From Epithemia pelagica (lineage: Eukaryota > Protista > Bacillariophyta), in the NCBI GenBank assembly GCA_946965045.2, contig OX337237.1:1116001-1180000 (forward strand): DNA of 64,000 nucleotides. Direction: 5' to 3'. Numbering within the stretch: the first letter of the stretch is position 1; each line of letters opens with the position of its first letter. Positions 53,833-64,000 of the stretch are shown one piece after another. The notes below the pieces were generated by a model. It made no database searches and had not been told where the DNA came from. It was given only the letters and a program-made list of their open reading frames with translations. Both the position numbers and the translations under genes were made by a program.

Positions 53833-55476
53833 TTACGATGAAGGTTGCACGGATTCGCGCAAACTATGATTGGGTACCACAATGGGTGCCGTGTTCTTGG
53901 TCGTGGTAGTGGTATTGGCCGCGTTACGGTGGGTGGCCGTGACCACCATTCGAGTGTTTGCGGCAGTGTCCTCCTGTTCCATAAATGAGTGATTGTGGTT
54001 CCCTGGAAACAACAACGGCCACGCATGGTCTCCCAGCCACCCAATAGTGGCCGTCGGTACAATGTCGGTAAAGGGCAAGATTTCTTCCAAAAAACTCAAA
54101 TAGGGCAACCACCCCGCCGATTGCCGTTTGGTTCGTGTCGGTGCGTCGGTTTCGTGAGGATCTGGACAATACAAGGCCATGATCAAGGCCGTTTGCAAGG
54201 GCGCCCAAACGATATCCAATCCTTCTCCCACCAGAGGCAACAAATACGAAGACGATCCCACAAAATCAATGCCCAAACTCCACACCAATTGGCCCCACAT
54301 TCCTCCGGGTACGACCGTCGATCGCAACAAATGGACCGGTGTGGGACGGGGACCCGTCTGATAAATCCATTCTTGACCCGAATGTGTGTGCAACAAGGCA
54401 TGATGCAAGGGACTCAACAGTCCGGCCACATGCGTGCGACCAACCTTGGTACTGGCATACACGACGGTCCCCAACCCCACCAGAGAGGATGCGACAATGA
54501 CACCGAGGACCAAGACGGGCAAAATAAAGGGCAAGGTAACGACACAAATACCCACAACCACCGGAGTCGATACCAAGGCCATGGCCACAATAGGAGCGGT
54601 CGGAACCAACAACCATTGGACTGGTGGCATGTACGGTCCCACAATCCGTCCCAATCGAGATTCGACATCGTCCACCAAGGACAACCAGGCCTGGACCAAA
54701 TGGACCAAGGCGGCAATTTCCGATCGATACGGACCTTCCAAGGTCATTTGCAAGCGCAATGTCGGAGGAATTTCATCTTCGACATCTTCCAGAGATCCAT
54801 TAGTCGATGGTCTTGTGAGGAGTTGTTGTGGTTGTTGTTGCAGGGGTGAAGGCGATGTCGTTCCACTTCTCTGTGGATCCGTTGAAGTATTAGTTGTATT
54901 CTCCGACGAGGAGGGAGAGAGATTAAGAATGAGCCAGGTTGTTTCGTGAATGAGCAATTGATTGAGTGGATAGGAGGAAGAATATTGTGGTTTGTGGGGA
55001 TCGGAATAGACCACCGTCAAGACAGCCGTTTCCTTGTACAGTTCGGCCAAGGTGGAGGTTTCCACCACCAATTCCCCCCGACTCGTCGTTGTCGCACTAG
55101 TGCTACGATGATGCGAATGAAATTTGAACGAGTTGCGATCCTTGTGTCGTTGTACCGGTGGTCCAGTCCGAATGGTTTTGGTCTTGTGTCGTGGAGCTGT
55201 GTTGTTGTTGTCATTTGCCTCAGTGTTCCGATGGTGGTTGTCATCAACATCATTCGAAGATGACCGATACAAATCCAATTGTACGTACGACGGTGGTTCA
55301 CGGTCTGGCAAGTCGTAGGCCGACAAGACTGTCAAACGCAGTCGTCCTTTATTCTTGCTGGTAGTGCTGTTATTCGTTCTTGCAGTGTTGTTGTTGTTGC
55401 TGGTGGAGCCTTGATTCAGCAATAACCCGCCGGCTGCGGGAGGGGCAGATGTACCCAAATTGGAAGCAATGGACAT
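53833..55476 (-). CDS. C2-like N-terminus, long central hydrophobic segment and C-terminal membrane module; candidate stramenopile lipid-droplet protein (StLDP-like)
   Basis: GRLRLTVLSAYDLPDREPP..PTLRLQMTLEGPYR; Pro-containing hydrophobic stretch WLLVPTAPIVAMALVSTPVVVGICVVTLPFILPVLVLGVIVASSLVGLG; SLGIDFVGSSSYLLPLVGEGLDIVWAP..LSFLEEILPFTDIVPTATIGW. StLDP orthology is inferred, not tested. Confidence 0.6.
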   Translation of the reverse strand: MSIASNLGTSAPPAAGGLLLNQGSTSNNNNTARTNNSTTSKNKGRLRLTVLSAYDLPDREPPSYVQLDLYRSSSNDVDDNHHRNTEANDNNNTAPRHKTKTIRTGPPVQRHKDRNSFKFHSHHRSTSATTTSRGELVVETSTLAELYKETAVLTVVYSDPHKPQYSSSYPLNQLLIHETTWLILNLSPSSSENTTNTSTDPQRSGTTSPSPLQQQPQQLLTRPSTNGSLEDVEDEIPPTLRLQMTLEGPYRSEIAALVHLVQAWLSLVDDVESRLGRIVGPYMPPVQWLLVPTAPIVAMALVSTPVVVGICVVTLPFILPVLVLGVIVASSLVGLGTVVYASTKVGRTHVAGLLSPLHHALLHTHSGQEWIYQTGPRPTPVHLLRSTVVPGGMWGQLVWSLGIDFVGSSSYLLPLVGEGLDIVWAPLQTALIMALYCPDPHETDAPTRTKRQSAGWLPYLSFLEEILPFTDIVPTATIGWLGDHAWPLLFPGNHNHSFMEQEDTAANTRMVVTATHRNAANTTTTTKNTAPIVVPNHSLRESVQPSS

Positions 55477-55917
55477 GTTCTACTTGTTGCCGCTTTAAGT
55501 GTTGAGGAGGGAAGACCAAGAGAGCAACGTTCATGGAGAGACCTTATCCTCTAACACCTTGTCTTTGTAGGATTCAAAGGATACATGTGACGTCGCCGCA
55601 CAAAAAAATCTTGATGAATCACTTTCATTTGGGGGTAGTGTCATGAAGTGCGACTGAAAACAGCCTTTATTTAGGGACCGCTGCTCAGCAAAGTTCTCTG
55701 CCCCTTTTTCAAGGCTACGAGCCAAGTCTATGGCCGATGGCCGCAGGGAAAATGATCCAACATTTTGTGGTTAACGGGTGGTAAGTTTAGTTGCGTTCAG
55801 TTATGTTTGGTTCGTCCAGACTCGACAGTGTGTGGTTTTTTCTTCCACGCAGGGTTTCGTCAACATCATCCTCTGTCCTTGGTTTGCTTTGCTTGGCCCG
55901 GTGTCTGTCAATGATGA

Positions 55918-57652
55918 TTATTTGAACAAGGCCGAAACACTCTTTTTGGCATGAATGTTGAAAATGGCCCGGGCCAACAAATCGGCCACCGAGAGTTCCG
56001 TCAACTTTTCATTGGCTTCTCGTTGCGGTGAGGTGGGAATTGTATTTAAAATCACCACTTCTTCCATTTGCGAGGCAGCAATCCGCTCGTTGCCCGGTCC
56101 ACTGAGCAATCCATGACTGGCAAAGGCAAAGACCCGCGCGGCACCCTTGGCCTTGAGTACTTCCGCCGCCTTGCACAAGGTCCCGGCCGTATCAATCATA
56201 TCGTCCACAATAATACAGTCGCAATCTCGGACATCACCCACCAAATCCATTTGATCCACCGACCCAGCCCGGGCTCGTTGCTTGACAATCATGGCCAAAC
56301 CCAAATCAGTCATGTCATACTTTTGTTCCAAACCTTCTTTAAACTTTTTGGCCCGGTACACACCGCCGGCATCCGGACTGACAATGACCGGGTTGTTCAA
56401 GTCCTTGGATCCAAAGTAATCCAATCCCACAATTCCACCGTCCAAATTGTCCACAGGAACACGGGGTCCAAAGAAACCTTGGATTTGACCACAATGCAAA
56501 TCGACGGCAATCACACGATCCACTCCAATCGCCTCCATCAAACGAGCGACATCGGCGGCGGAAATGGGAACTCGAGCCTAGAACAATAGCAAAGAAGTAA
56601 CACACACCACATTGATGCAGAATTGGAGTGAACAGCAAGGTAAGTGAATTCAGATTGGCATGATTACAGTTGAAAAGGGGCATTTTCAAAGCCATGGGCC
56701 TTTTCATGAGTCTTTGTTTCGTACGTACCTGCATTTTGCGGTCTTGTCGGGCATATCCATAATAGGGAATGACAACGGTGATGCGTCGAGCACTAGCTCT
56801 TCGGAGAGTGGATACCATGAGAAGCAGTTCCATCAAATTGTCATTGACGGGAGGACACGTTGGTTGAACGACATAGACATCTTTTCCTCGAACATTTTCT
56901 TTAATCACCACATTGACTTCCCCATCGGCAAATCGTCCCACCGTCGCCTTCCCCAAGGGAATTCCCAAATGACGAGTCACTTCCAAGGCCAGCGACATGT
57001 TTCCATTGCCCGAGAAAATTTTTATCCCACCACGGTGTCGTTTGGCCTTTTGAGCCGATTCTTCCAAACGAGCTTCCGATTCCGTCATTTCCATGGGAAA
57101 CTCGAGAGATCCCACAAAATCGGAACTATCATCGTCAGGTGATGTAGCCTGAACTCGCAATGTGCGATTCTGTTCATCTACGGGAGCCGAGCTGGCACTT
57201 GGTTTAGCGTTGAGGGTGACATTGGGATTGCGTCCAGTGTTGGTCGCAATACCAGAGTAGTTGTACGGCCGCTTGGCCGACTCCTCCTCGTTTTGATCAA
57301 CACCCGAAAAGTTTGTTGCCGAGGATGAATATTCGTCCCTTGGTCTATGTGGGTTGGGAGCCTCCTCACAGAAGGTCAAGGCTACACCCAGCAACGCTGC
57401 CGATACAGCTGCCGAGACGACCACGGGTGCGGTCCTTTCATTGTAAGCATAAATCTTTCTTGCATGGTGGCTGCTACTACCTTGATGAACCAATCTTACA
57501 ATCCCACGAGCGCTGTTCTGACGTTGTGAAGAAAAGGTCGCCGTCCGCCATTGCTGGAGAAGGAATGAGACATATACACAAGCGTGAGAGTTGGATTCGC
57601 ACCCGGTATCCAACAAGGGATAAGACCAACCCAAACGAATGGACAAGGGCAT
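55918..57652 (-). CDS. PRS: Ribose-phosphate pyrophosphokinase (PRPP synthetase) with a long N-terminal extension; intron 56728-56578; 5-prime end uncertain
   Basis: [41 protein letters not shown]|[47 protein letters not shown]. Intron CAG|GTACGT...TTCTAG|GCT, phase 0. Confidence 0.95.
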
Positions 57653-58150
57653 AGATTCAGCCGCATCCGTTTATGCAATGCTCAGCATGAAACTCAGTTT
57701 TTCAAGCCTTTCCAACTCACCCGGCTTCCCAGTATTGTACCACGTTCGCAGACTGCTCTTATCATCATGATCCAATCCACAATCCACAATCCACAATCCA
57801 TGCAAACGACCCAACCGACATGTCAACCAACGGCCAGCAATAACTACGTTTCAAGATGACCGATCCGCGACCCATCGCATCGACTTTCGAAATTCAAAGT
57901 CAAATTTCAAAATGGAACAGGGAAGCTGACGTTTTCGCGGCCCCGTCACATTTTCAGGGGATGATGACAAAGATACATGCGACACGAACAGGTTTCATCT
58001 GCCTGTCTTTTGCTTGACCAATGTTGTTGATTCAGAAGGACCAACGCGGCATGACGTTGACTGACACCATCACAGTTCATTTTCATTCCTGTCGTTGACA
58101 ATACTATTCATCTGATCCACTTTCAAAGTTTCAATAGAGCAACAACCAAC

Positions 58151-58979
58151 ATGCTTCGATCCACGATGTATCCAGTTTTGCTTTGCACCTTGCTTCTTTT
58201 GGAGGTTGTGCCTTTCTCAATAGCATTTGCCCCCATTGTGGCAACAAGAAGCAGGGTGGCTTCCTTGCACATGACCGACGAGAAAAAGGCCGAAGAAGCC
58301 GTCTTTGTGCCTCTGGAGGAAGCGCTCGAAGCTGTGGAAGCTGAGAAAGAAGACGATGAAGTTTTTGAAAAAGTAGAATCATTGGGCCGAGGATCCGCAA
58401 AAGTGAGTTCTCATAATCATCAAATGAAGAATATCCTTATGAATTCGACTGACCCAGTGTACCGCCGAAATTGATGGATTGTTTGTTGTCATCTTTTCTT
58501 GCCTTCAACAGGCGAAACGTGGTAGAAGAAAGGGTTCTAGTGCTGCGAAGAGTGGCAAAGAAACTCCTGCCAAGACCACTTTGGCCCCAGAAGAGGTTTT
58601 CTATGAGGGACCTCCTGCCATCACTGAAACCCTTGCCCCCACTCTCTCGATTGTTACAGTCATTGGAGTCATTCCTGCGGCAGCGGCATGGGCACGACAG
58701 GCGTGGGTACGCTATCGTATCACCAGCCGTCGTATTCGAGTCAACTCGGGCGTCGGAGGAAAGGATATGGCCGAAATTGTCTATCCTGACATTGTTGAGA
58801 TCCGAACAGCCCGGCGATTGTTTGGAGACGGTGACTTGGTTGCCTTTCTTCGGGATGGAGCCAAGTTTGAAATGAGGAACATTCCCAATTTTGAGGAAAC
58901 CATGGAATTTATTTTGAAACAGGTCGATGCGGATGTTGCCACACAGTATCGCGAGAAAGGTGATGTCACGAACCCCTAA
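58151..58979 (+). CDS. Plastid-targeted bacterial-type PH-domain (bPH_2-like) membrane protein, 239 aa; 2 exons (58151-58402, 58512-58979)
   Basis: Signal peptide ending FSIA-FAP; intron GTGAGT...CAACAG, phase 0; EEVFYEGPP, one hydrophobic helix, WVRYRITSRRI, IVYPDI, GDLVAFLRDGAKFEMRNIPNF resemble cyanobacterial PH-domain proteins. Confidence 0.8.
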
Positions 58980-59270
58980 ATTCGATAAAGGACAGCAATG
59001 GTCCAAGGATCATGTCCATTGAAAGTTTCCTTGAAACTCTGGGCTTGCATTTGTTGGTATATCTTGATCTCGTCTGACGACAAGTCTGCTGGTCATCTAC
59101 GCGAATGACCGACATGCTCGTGCTATATAGTGGTTAGTAGACATAAAGAATATGTACAACAACGTTCACTTAATCCACACCAAGTATTGTGTAACATTGC
59201 GTTAGGTCCGTAGGTCAAAGCTGCAAATCTGGAGAACATTTGAGAGCAGGTGACTTGCCACGTGTAGGCT

Positions 59271-60229
59271 TTATTCACTACTTGATCTAGAGCTTAGCAC
59301 GGACTCGCCCGGTGAGAAGATGGGTACGAATGGGCCCGTTTGCGTCCCTCTCCCGTCAATTGTCTCCCACAGTTCGTTTACTATTTCAAATCGAGTCATT
59401 GTTTTGGGATCCAGCGAAATGCGACAAAAATCGTGCCGAGATGGTACCTTCTGTGAAAACAAAGCACGAAGTTCATTGAGAGAACTCAGTGAGTATATGG
59501 AGCATTAATTATGGAGATTGCCCTGGGATGTCCGAACAAGGCATTATCTATACTTACCACAAGGGCCTCGATACTTTGTTCGGGGTCGGCATCGTAGTTC
59601 CATTTAATTCCAGTACAGTCAGAGTACAGAGCAACACGTCGTCGAAGTTTTCCTTCTTCTCGTCTACGATTTTCCTCAATGTCTTCACAGGCTTCCAATT
59701 CACTTGTGGTTTCCTGCTGGTAACGTGTAATCTGGTCTTGAACCGACTTTATGGAAGCCTCTGTGCTCTGCAGCTCATTCATCAAGGACAAACGTTCATT
59801 CTGTTGTTCTTCCAATCTCTGTTTTCGTTCCTTTTCTTGTGCCGAGTGTAATTCACTTTTCTTTTGGGCATCGGCAAGTTCTTCAGACAATTTTGACAGA
59901 ATTGTATTGCCATGATTTAGTTGGTCTGCAACCCATTCGTCCATGGAGGCCTGCATGGGGAGAATCTCATTTTGGAGAAACAGAATCAGATCATCCTCCA
60001 CCTTCTCTTCATCGCTGTTTGTGCCGTTCGACATGCTGTTGCTCATTCCCTCCACCAAACCAAGATTTCGCAACTGTTGTTGAATATCTTCCCATGTGGT
60101 TTTCGCTGATCGTCGGACAAACGCGGATGAGGCCGTCGGAATGGTCGGGCCGTTGCTGTTGCTGTTGATTGTTGACGAAGATCCAGGTCCAATGTCGTCT
60201 TCATTCTTGCGCTTATGATTTAGAGTCAT
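59271..60229 (-). CDS. SPC24: Kinetochore NDC80-complex subunit SPC24-like, 283 aa; 2 exons (60229-59558, 59450-59271)
   Basis: Long coiled coil, then LRRRVALYSDCTGIKWNYD and, after the intron GTAAGT...TTTTCACAG (phase 0), ISLDPKTMTRFEIVNELWETI, both typical of the SPC24 globular domain. Confidence 0.7.
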
Positions 60230-61201
60230 GATTAAATCGAACGAGAGATAAGTATTATCGCGTTTGAGAGCTGTCTCCGTCAATGTGAAGAAGTACAATA
60301 GGAAAGCAGATAATAGGAATAGGAAGGGAGGGTCAAGCAAACGACAAACAGACGACAGGAACGCTTCGTTGTTGGTCTCCTTGGGATTTGTGGCAAATTA
60401 AATTCATGCTCGCGTGATATCGAGCCCGCCTCGTGGTCAATGGTCACAGGGTATCTATCTGTACAATACTATTTAGGTGCAAACTACTACATCGAGCAGG
60501 CATCGCCTGGTGGTGGAGCCTGGAGACCCCACGCGCGCGCCGACACTTTCTCTTTTTGTACGCTGTTTTCTGTTTTGTTCATGAACTAAAAATTCAAGAT
60601 GATGCATCAATACTTCGAATCTATCGACGTCCACATATTATGGATTTGGTGCGGGAGTGTGAATTGGGTCTAGGCAAGAGCGGTTCACCTATCTACAACC
60701 TATTCACTCGCGGGAGATTCTACTGGTAGACTTGGTGAGAAGTTTGGAAAGGCGACATAATCCCTTCGATTACCTCACATTGCCAGAGCATCGAGGAATC
60801 CAGAGACCATAATGCTTCATTCTCATTTCGATGAGGAAGGACGAGCAGCCGCGGCTGATATGCCAACCAAAAATGATGAGCACCAAATCAGTAACCTCAG
60901 AAAAATGGCATCGTAGATCGTAGTGTCGTGAACTATTTCAACAAAACTCTATTCACCACAACAATCTACTGACGCAGAACCCAACTCCAAGTCCTTGGAA
61001 ATCATTGAAACCAAGATAACAGCATTGGGAGTGTCATGTTGTCCGCACAACCTTTTTTTCGAAACAAACCAAAGCCGTGGCACATCAATTCAAATGACTG
61101 ATTGGTTTGGCAAGGTGTGGTTCGTCTGGCTACAATTGTTTTCGGGGGTCCAAAACAAACAGCACTACCGAACGTCAACCATTTCGCAACGTTTGGAGTG
61201 T

Positions 61202-63901
61202 TCAAAACGCATCCATTCCATGCAACTTGTTGGCATTTTCCATCATGATGGAACGAGCATTCTTTTTCAGTGATTCACCCATAAGTGTGTCGGCCTGTGA
61301 CCTTTTGTTGTTGTTGTTGCGCTTGTGCTTCTTCGTTTTTGCCATTGTGGACGGTTCGTCACCACCAACCTCTGAGTTGGTCCATTCAAATGCCAAGGCC
61401 GCATTACGCTTTGTCGTCTCGACGGTGGGAGTAGTGTTGGGTGTGCTCTTGTTGCTGTTGTTGTTGTTTTTCTTGTTGGTTCGGTTCGCTGTCGACGAAA
61501 ACGATGCTCCCATATGCTTGGGTGTTTCTCGAAGCGCAAAGGATCGTGCCACATGTCCCAAATGCAAGGCTTTGGCCGCAAACACATGTTTGACACATTT
61601 TTCGCGTGTCGGGTAGGCTCGAATATGGGACAAAAAGGCAGTTCGGGCCAGTTCCAACAAGAACAAATCCGATCCTTGTTGTTGTTGTTGTTGTTTTCCC
61701 TGTTGCTGTTTCTTGGAAGATTGTTTCTTCTTGAATGTCGTGTCGGTGGATGTGGGATTGCGACTGGTCGATTCCACCACCTCGTCGGTACTTCTCGCAG
61801 GGTCGATCAATGTCAGGACACATTCTTCCAGACGATGTTGGAGTTCAATGGAAAAGGCTTCGCCCAAACGCCGTTGGCTCGTATTGTTGTTGTGGTTGTT
61901 GTTCGTTTTGGGGTGGTCGGGGAGACTGGTAGTACCCCCACCCGTTCGTTGTACCCCCGCTTGTGTCAGGGTAGGACAACTTTTGGTGGCCGCCGCCATC
62001 AAGGTGGCCGAGAGAGACAGAGCCGGGAGAGGAGCAATACCGCGTTGCTTCAACAAGAGCAAGAACTCTCGTTCCGATGGCAGCAAAAACAAGAGGGAAT
62101 GTCCGGCTTTGCCGGCCCGTGCCACACGACCAGCTCGATGGACGTAGTCCGATAGTTCGGCCGGTGGGTCGTATTGAACGGTCCAATCACACTGTTCCAG
62201 ATTCAATCCCCGAGCTGCGACATCGGTTGCCAACAAGATAGCAGCCTTATTATTGTTGGTGGTGGTGTTCTTGGATGCGGGTTTCGACACGTCTGGGGAA
62301 TGGTATTTTGAGCGTGGATGGTCGGACGATTGTAGAAATTCGTGCAAGACTTGCTGCCGTTGTGCATGCGGTACACGACCATGCAGTTTGTAAATGGAAC
62401 AGGCGGATCCAAAAATCCCCCGTTGCGAGTTGGTTTGGGTAGTTGTATTTGTCTTGTTCTTGTTTGTAGTTTTGTTGTTGTTGTTATTATTCGTGTTGTT
62501 CTCATCGTCGTCATTCAGATTGGCGACAATACAGTCCATGTGTTGAAAGAGAGCATAATAAAAGTCGACACTGGCACACGTGTCCAAAAAGACCACGACA
62601 CGATTTTGTTGTTGGACAACACGTTGGACCAACAAGGCAATGAGTGCCGACAAGCGCCATTTGGCACTCACCGTCATGTGCCATTGGGCCAATTGTCGCG
62701 GCGTGGAATCCGCCAATTCGCCGGCTGGCAGGTCGTCGTCGACGTCCTGGTCCTTTTTGTCTGGAGCCGCACCATCATGTGCCGTATCCTCCCGTGCTTG
62801 TTTGGAGAGGTTCGAGGAGGCCTCCTGTTTTGGTTGTTGTTGTTGTTGTTGTGGAATATCTGCAGCTGCAGTAGACAGTGTCGACAGGGCGTCCTTGTCG
62901 TCGTCCTGTTTGGATCGGATCCAGATCCAGGAATCGGACGAGCTGTTTCCGAGCGCCAAGGTTTCGATGGCCAATTGTTGCACCGACGGAGTCACTGTGG
63001 CCGATACCAAGACCGATCTCCAGGGAATGCTTGTGGTGCGGGTGGATCCTCCTTGATTGGCGAGAATGCGTTGGACAATGTGTTGGACTTGTTCCCCCAA
63101 TCCCATATCCAACAATCGATCCGCTTCGTCCAAGACGAGCCATTCCAAATTGCTCTTTTTCATGTTCTTCTTGTTGGTGTGGTTGGTTTTGAGAGCCAGG
63201 AGCAAGGATTCGGTTTTGCACAAGTGATCCAACAATCGTCCTGGTGTCGCCACGACAATACCCAATCCCTTGCGCAATCGCATCTTTTCTGATTTACGGC
63301 TATTCATGTGGTTTTTATTCTTATTGTCGTGGTTGCCAGCACCACTGCCCAACAAACTTCCGGGAACAATCCAGTGAAAGGTTTGCGCGCAGACACGTTC
63401 GGCCAAGGCTACGGTTTGGGCGGCCAATTCTCGCGTGGGACACAAAATGATACATTTGGTACCCACTGCAGCTCGTGTGGGGGTTGGTGACCCGTCGTCC
63501 TTCGTGGTGGTGGTGGAAGTGGCCATGGCATGAAGAATGGGCAAGAGATAGGCCAAGGTTTTGCCCGATCCCGTTTCGGAATGAATCAAGAGATTCTTGG
63601 CGCGTGTCGTCGTCTGGTCGTTGGCCAAAAAGGCGGGAATGGCCCGTGCTTGAATGGAGGTGGGTTGGTTCAAGTGCAACGTGGTCTGAACCGCCTGGAC
63701 AATCCGGGGATGCAATGGCAAATCGGACCAGGAATGGGCCTGGGAAAACAAGTGGTGGGAATCCTTGGTACGACGAAACGAGGAGGACGACAATGATGAT
63801 GATCCATAGTGTCGATCCAACTCCAAGGGACGAGCATGAAATGCCAATTCCGCTTGGGTCCAGGATGGTTGCTTTGGTGGTGGTTGTTGGGAGGCCGTTG
63901 A

Positions 63902-63939
<38 letters not shown>

Positions 63940-64000
63940 GTTTGGTTTGGTGTTGGAATTCACAGGGTGGTTGTTATTATTTCGTGTTGGTCGATAGTCG
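61202..64000 (-). CDS. DBP7: DEAD-box RNA helicase DBP7/DDX31-like (60S biogenesis); 5-prime end unresolved
   Basis: Q-motif PTSIQ, SETGSGKT, PTRELA, RKSEKMRLRKG (DBP7-type), TPGRLLDHL, DEADRLLD, SAT, TDVAARGL, YVHRAGRVARAG, LHLGHVARSFALRE. The track start at 63847 is TTG, not ATG. Confidence 0.9.

Noticed and set aside
60433-60920. Short ORF fragments between SPC24 and DBP7 (possible decayed gene)
   Set aside because: No frame gives a recognisable protein; a translated search would be needed.

Overview
Eukaryotic nuclear DNA, most likely from a diatom (inference from short GT-AG introns of about 65-150 nt, a signal peptide ending in a FAP plastid-targeting motif, PT-repeat mucins and type II membrane proteins with PT stalks). 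About 19 protein genes are supportable, several only after splicing by hand. Conserved genes: MO25/CAB39, an RCC1-repeat protein, an Elongin-B-like UBL, PRPP synthetase, a plastid PH-domain protein, SPC24 and the DBP7/DDX31 helicase. Cell-surface genes: two paralogous FG-GAP beta-propeller membrane proteins of opposite topology, two membrane-anchored potato inhibitor I (I13) paralogs each beside a propeller gene, and an approx. 4,500-aa secreted PT/Cys-module mucin. The leading candidates for new biology are (i) a type II FG-GAP receptor with cytosolic CCDC53/WASHC3-like repeats, a possible actin-to-surface linker; (ii) a 2,133-aa disordered protein with about 30 WG motifs plus SIM-like motifs, a possible Argonaute-hook scaffold; (iii) a cNMP-binding domain fused to a divergent mitochondrial carrier fold. 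I saw no tRNA, rRNA, CRISPR array or intact transposon. All family calls come from motif recognition, not database searches.
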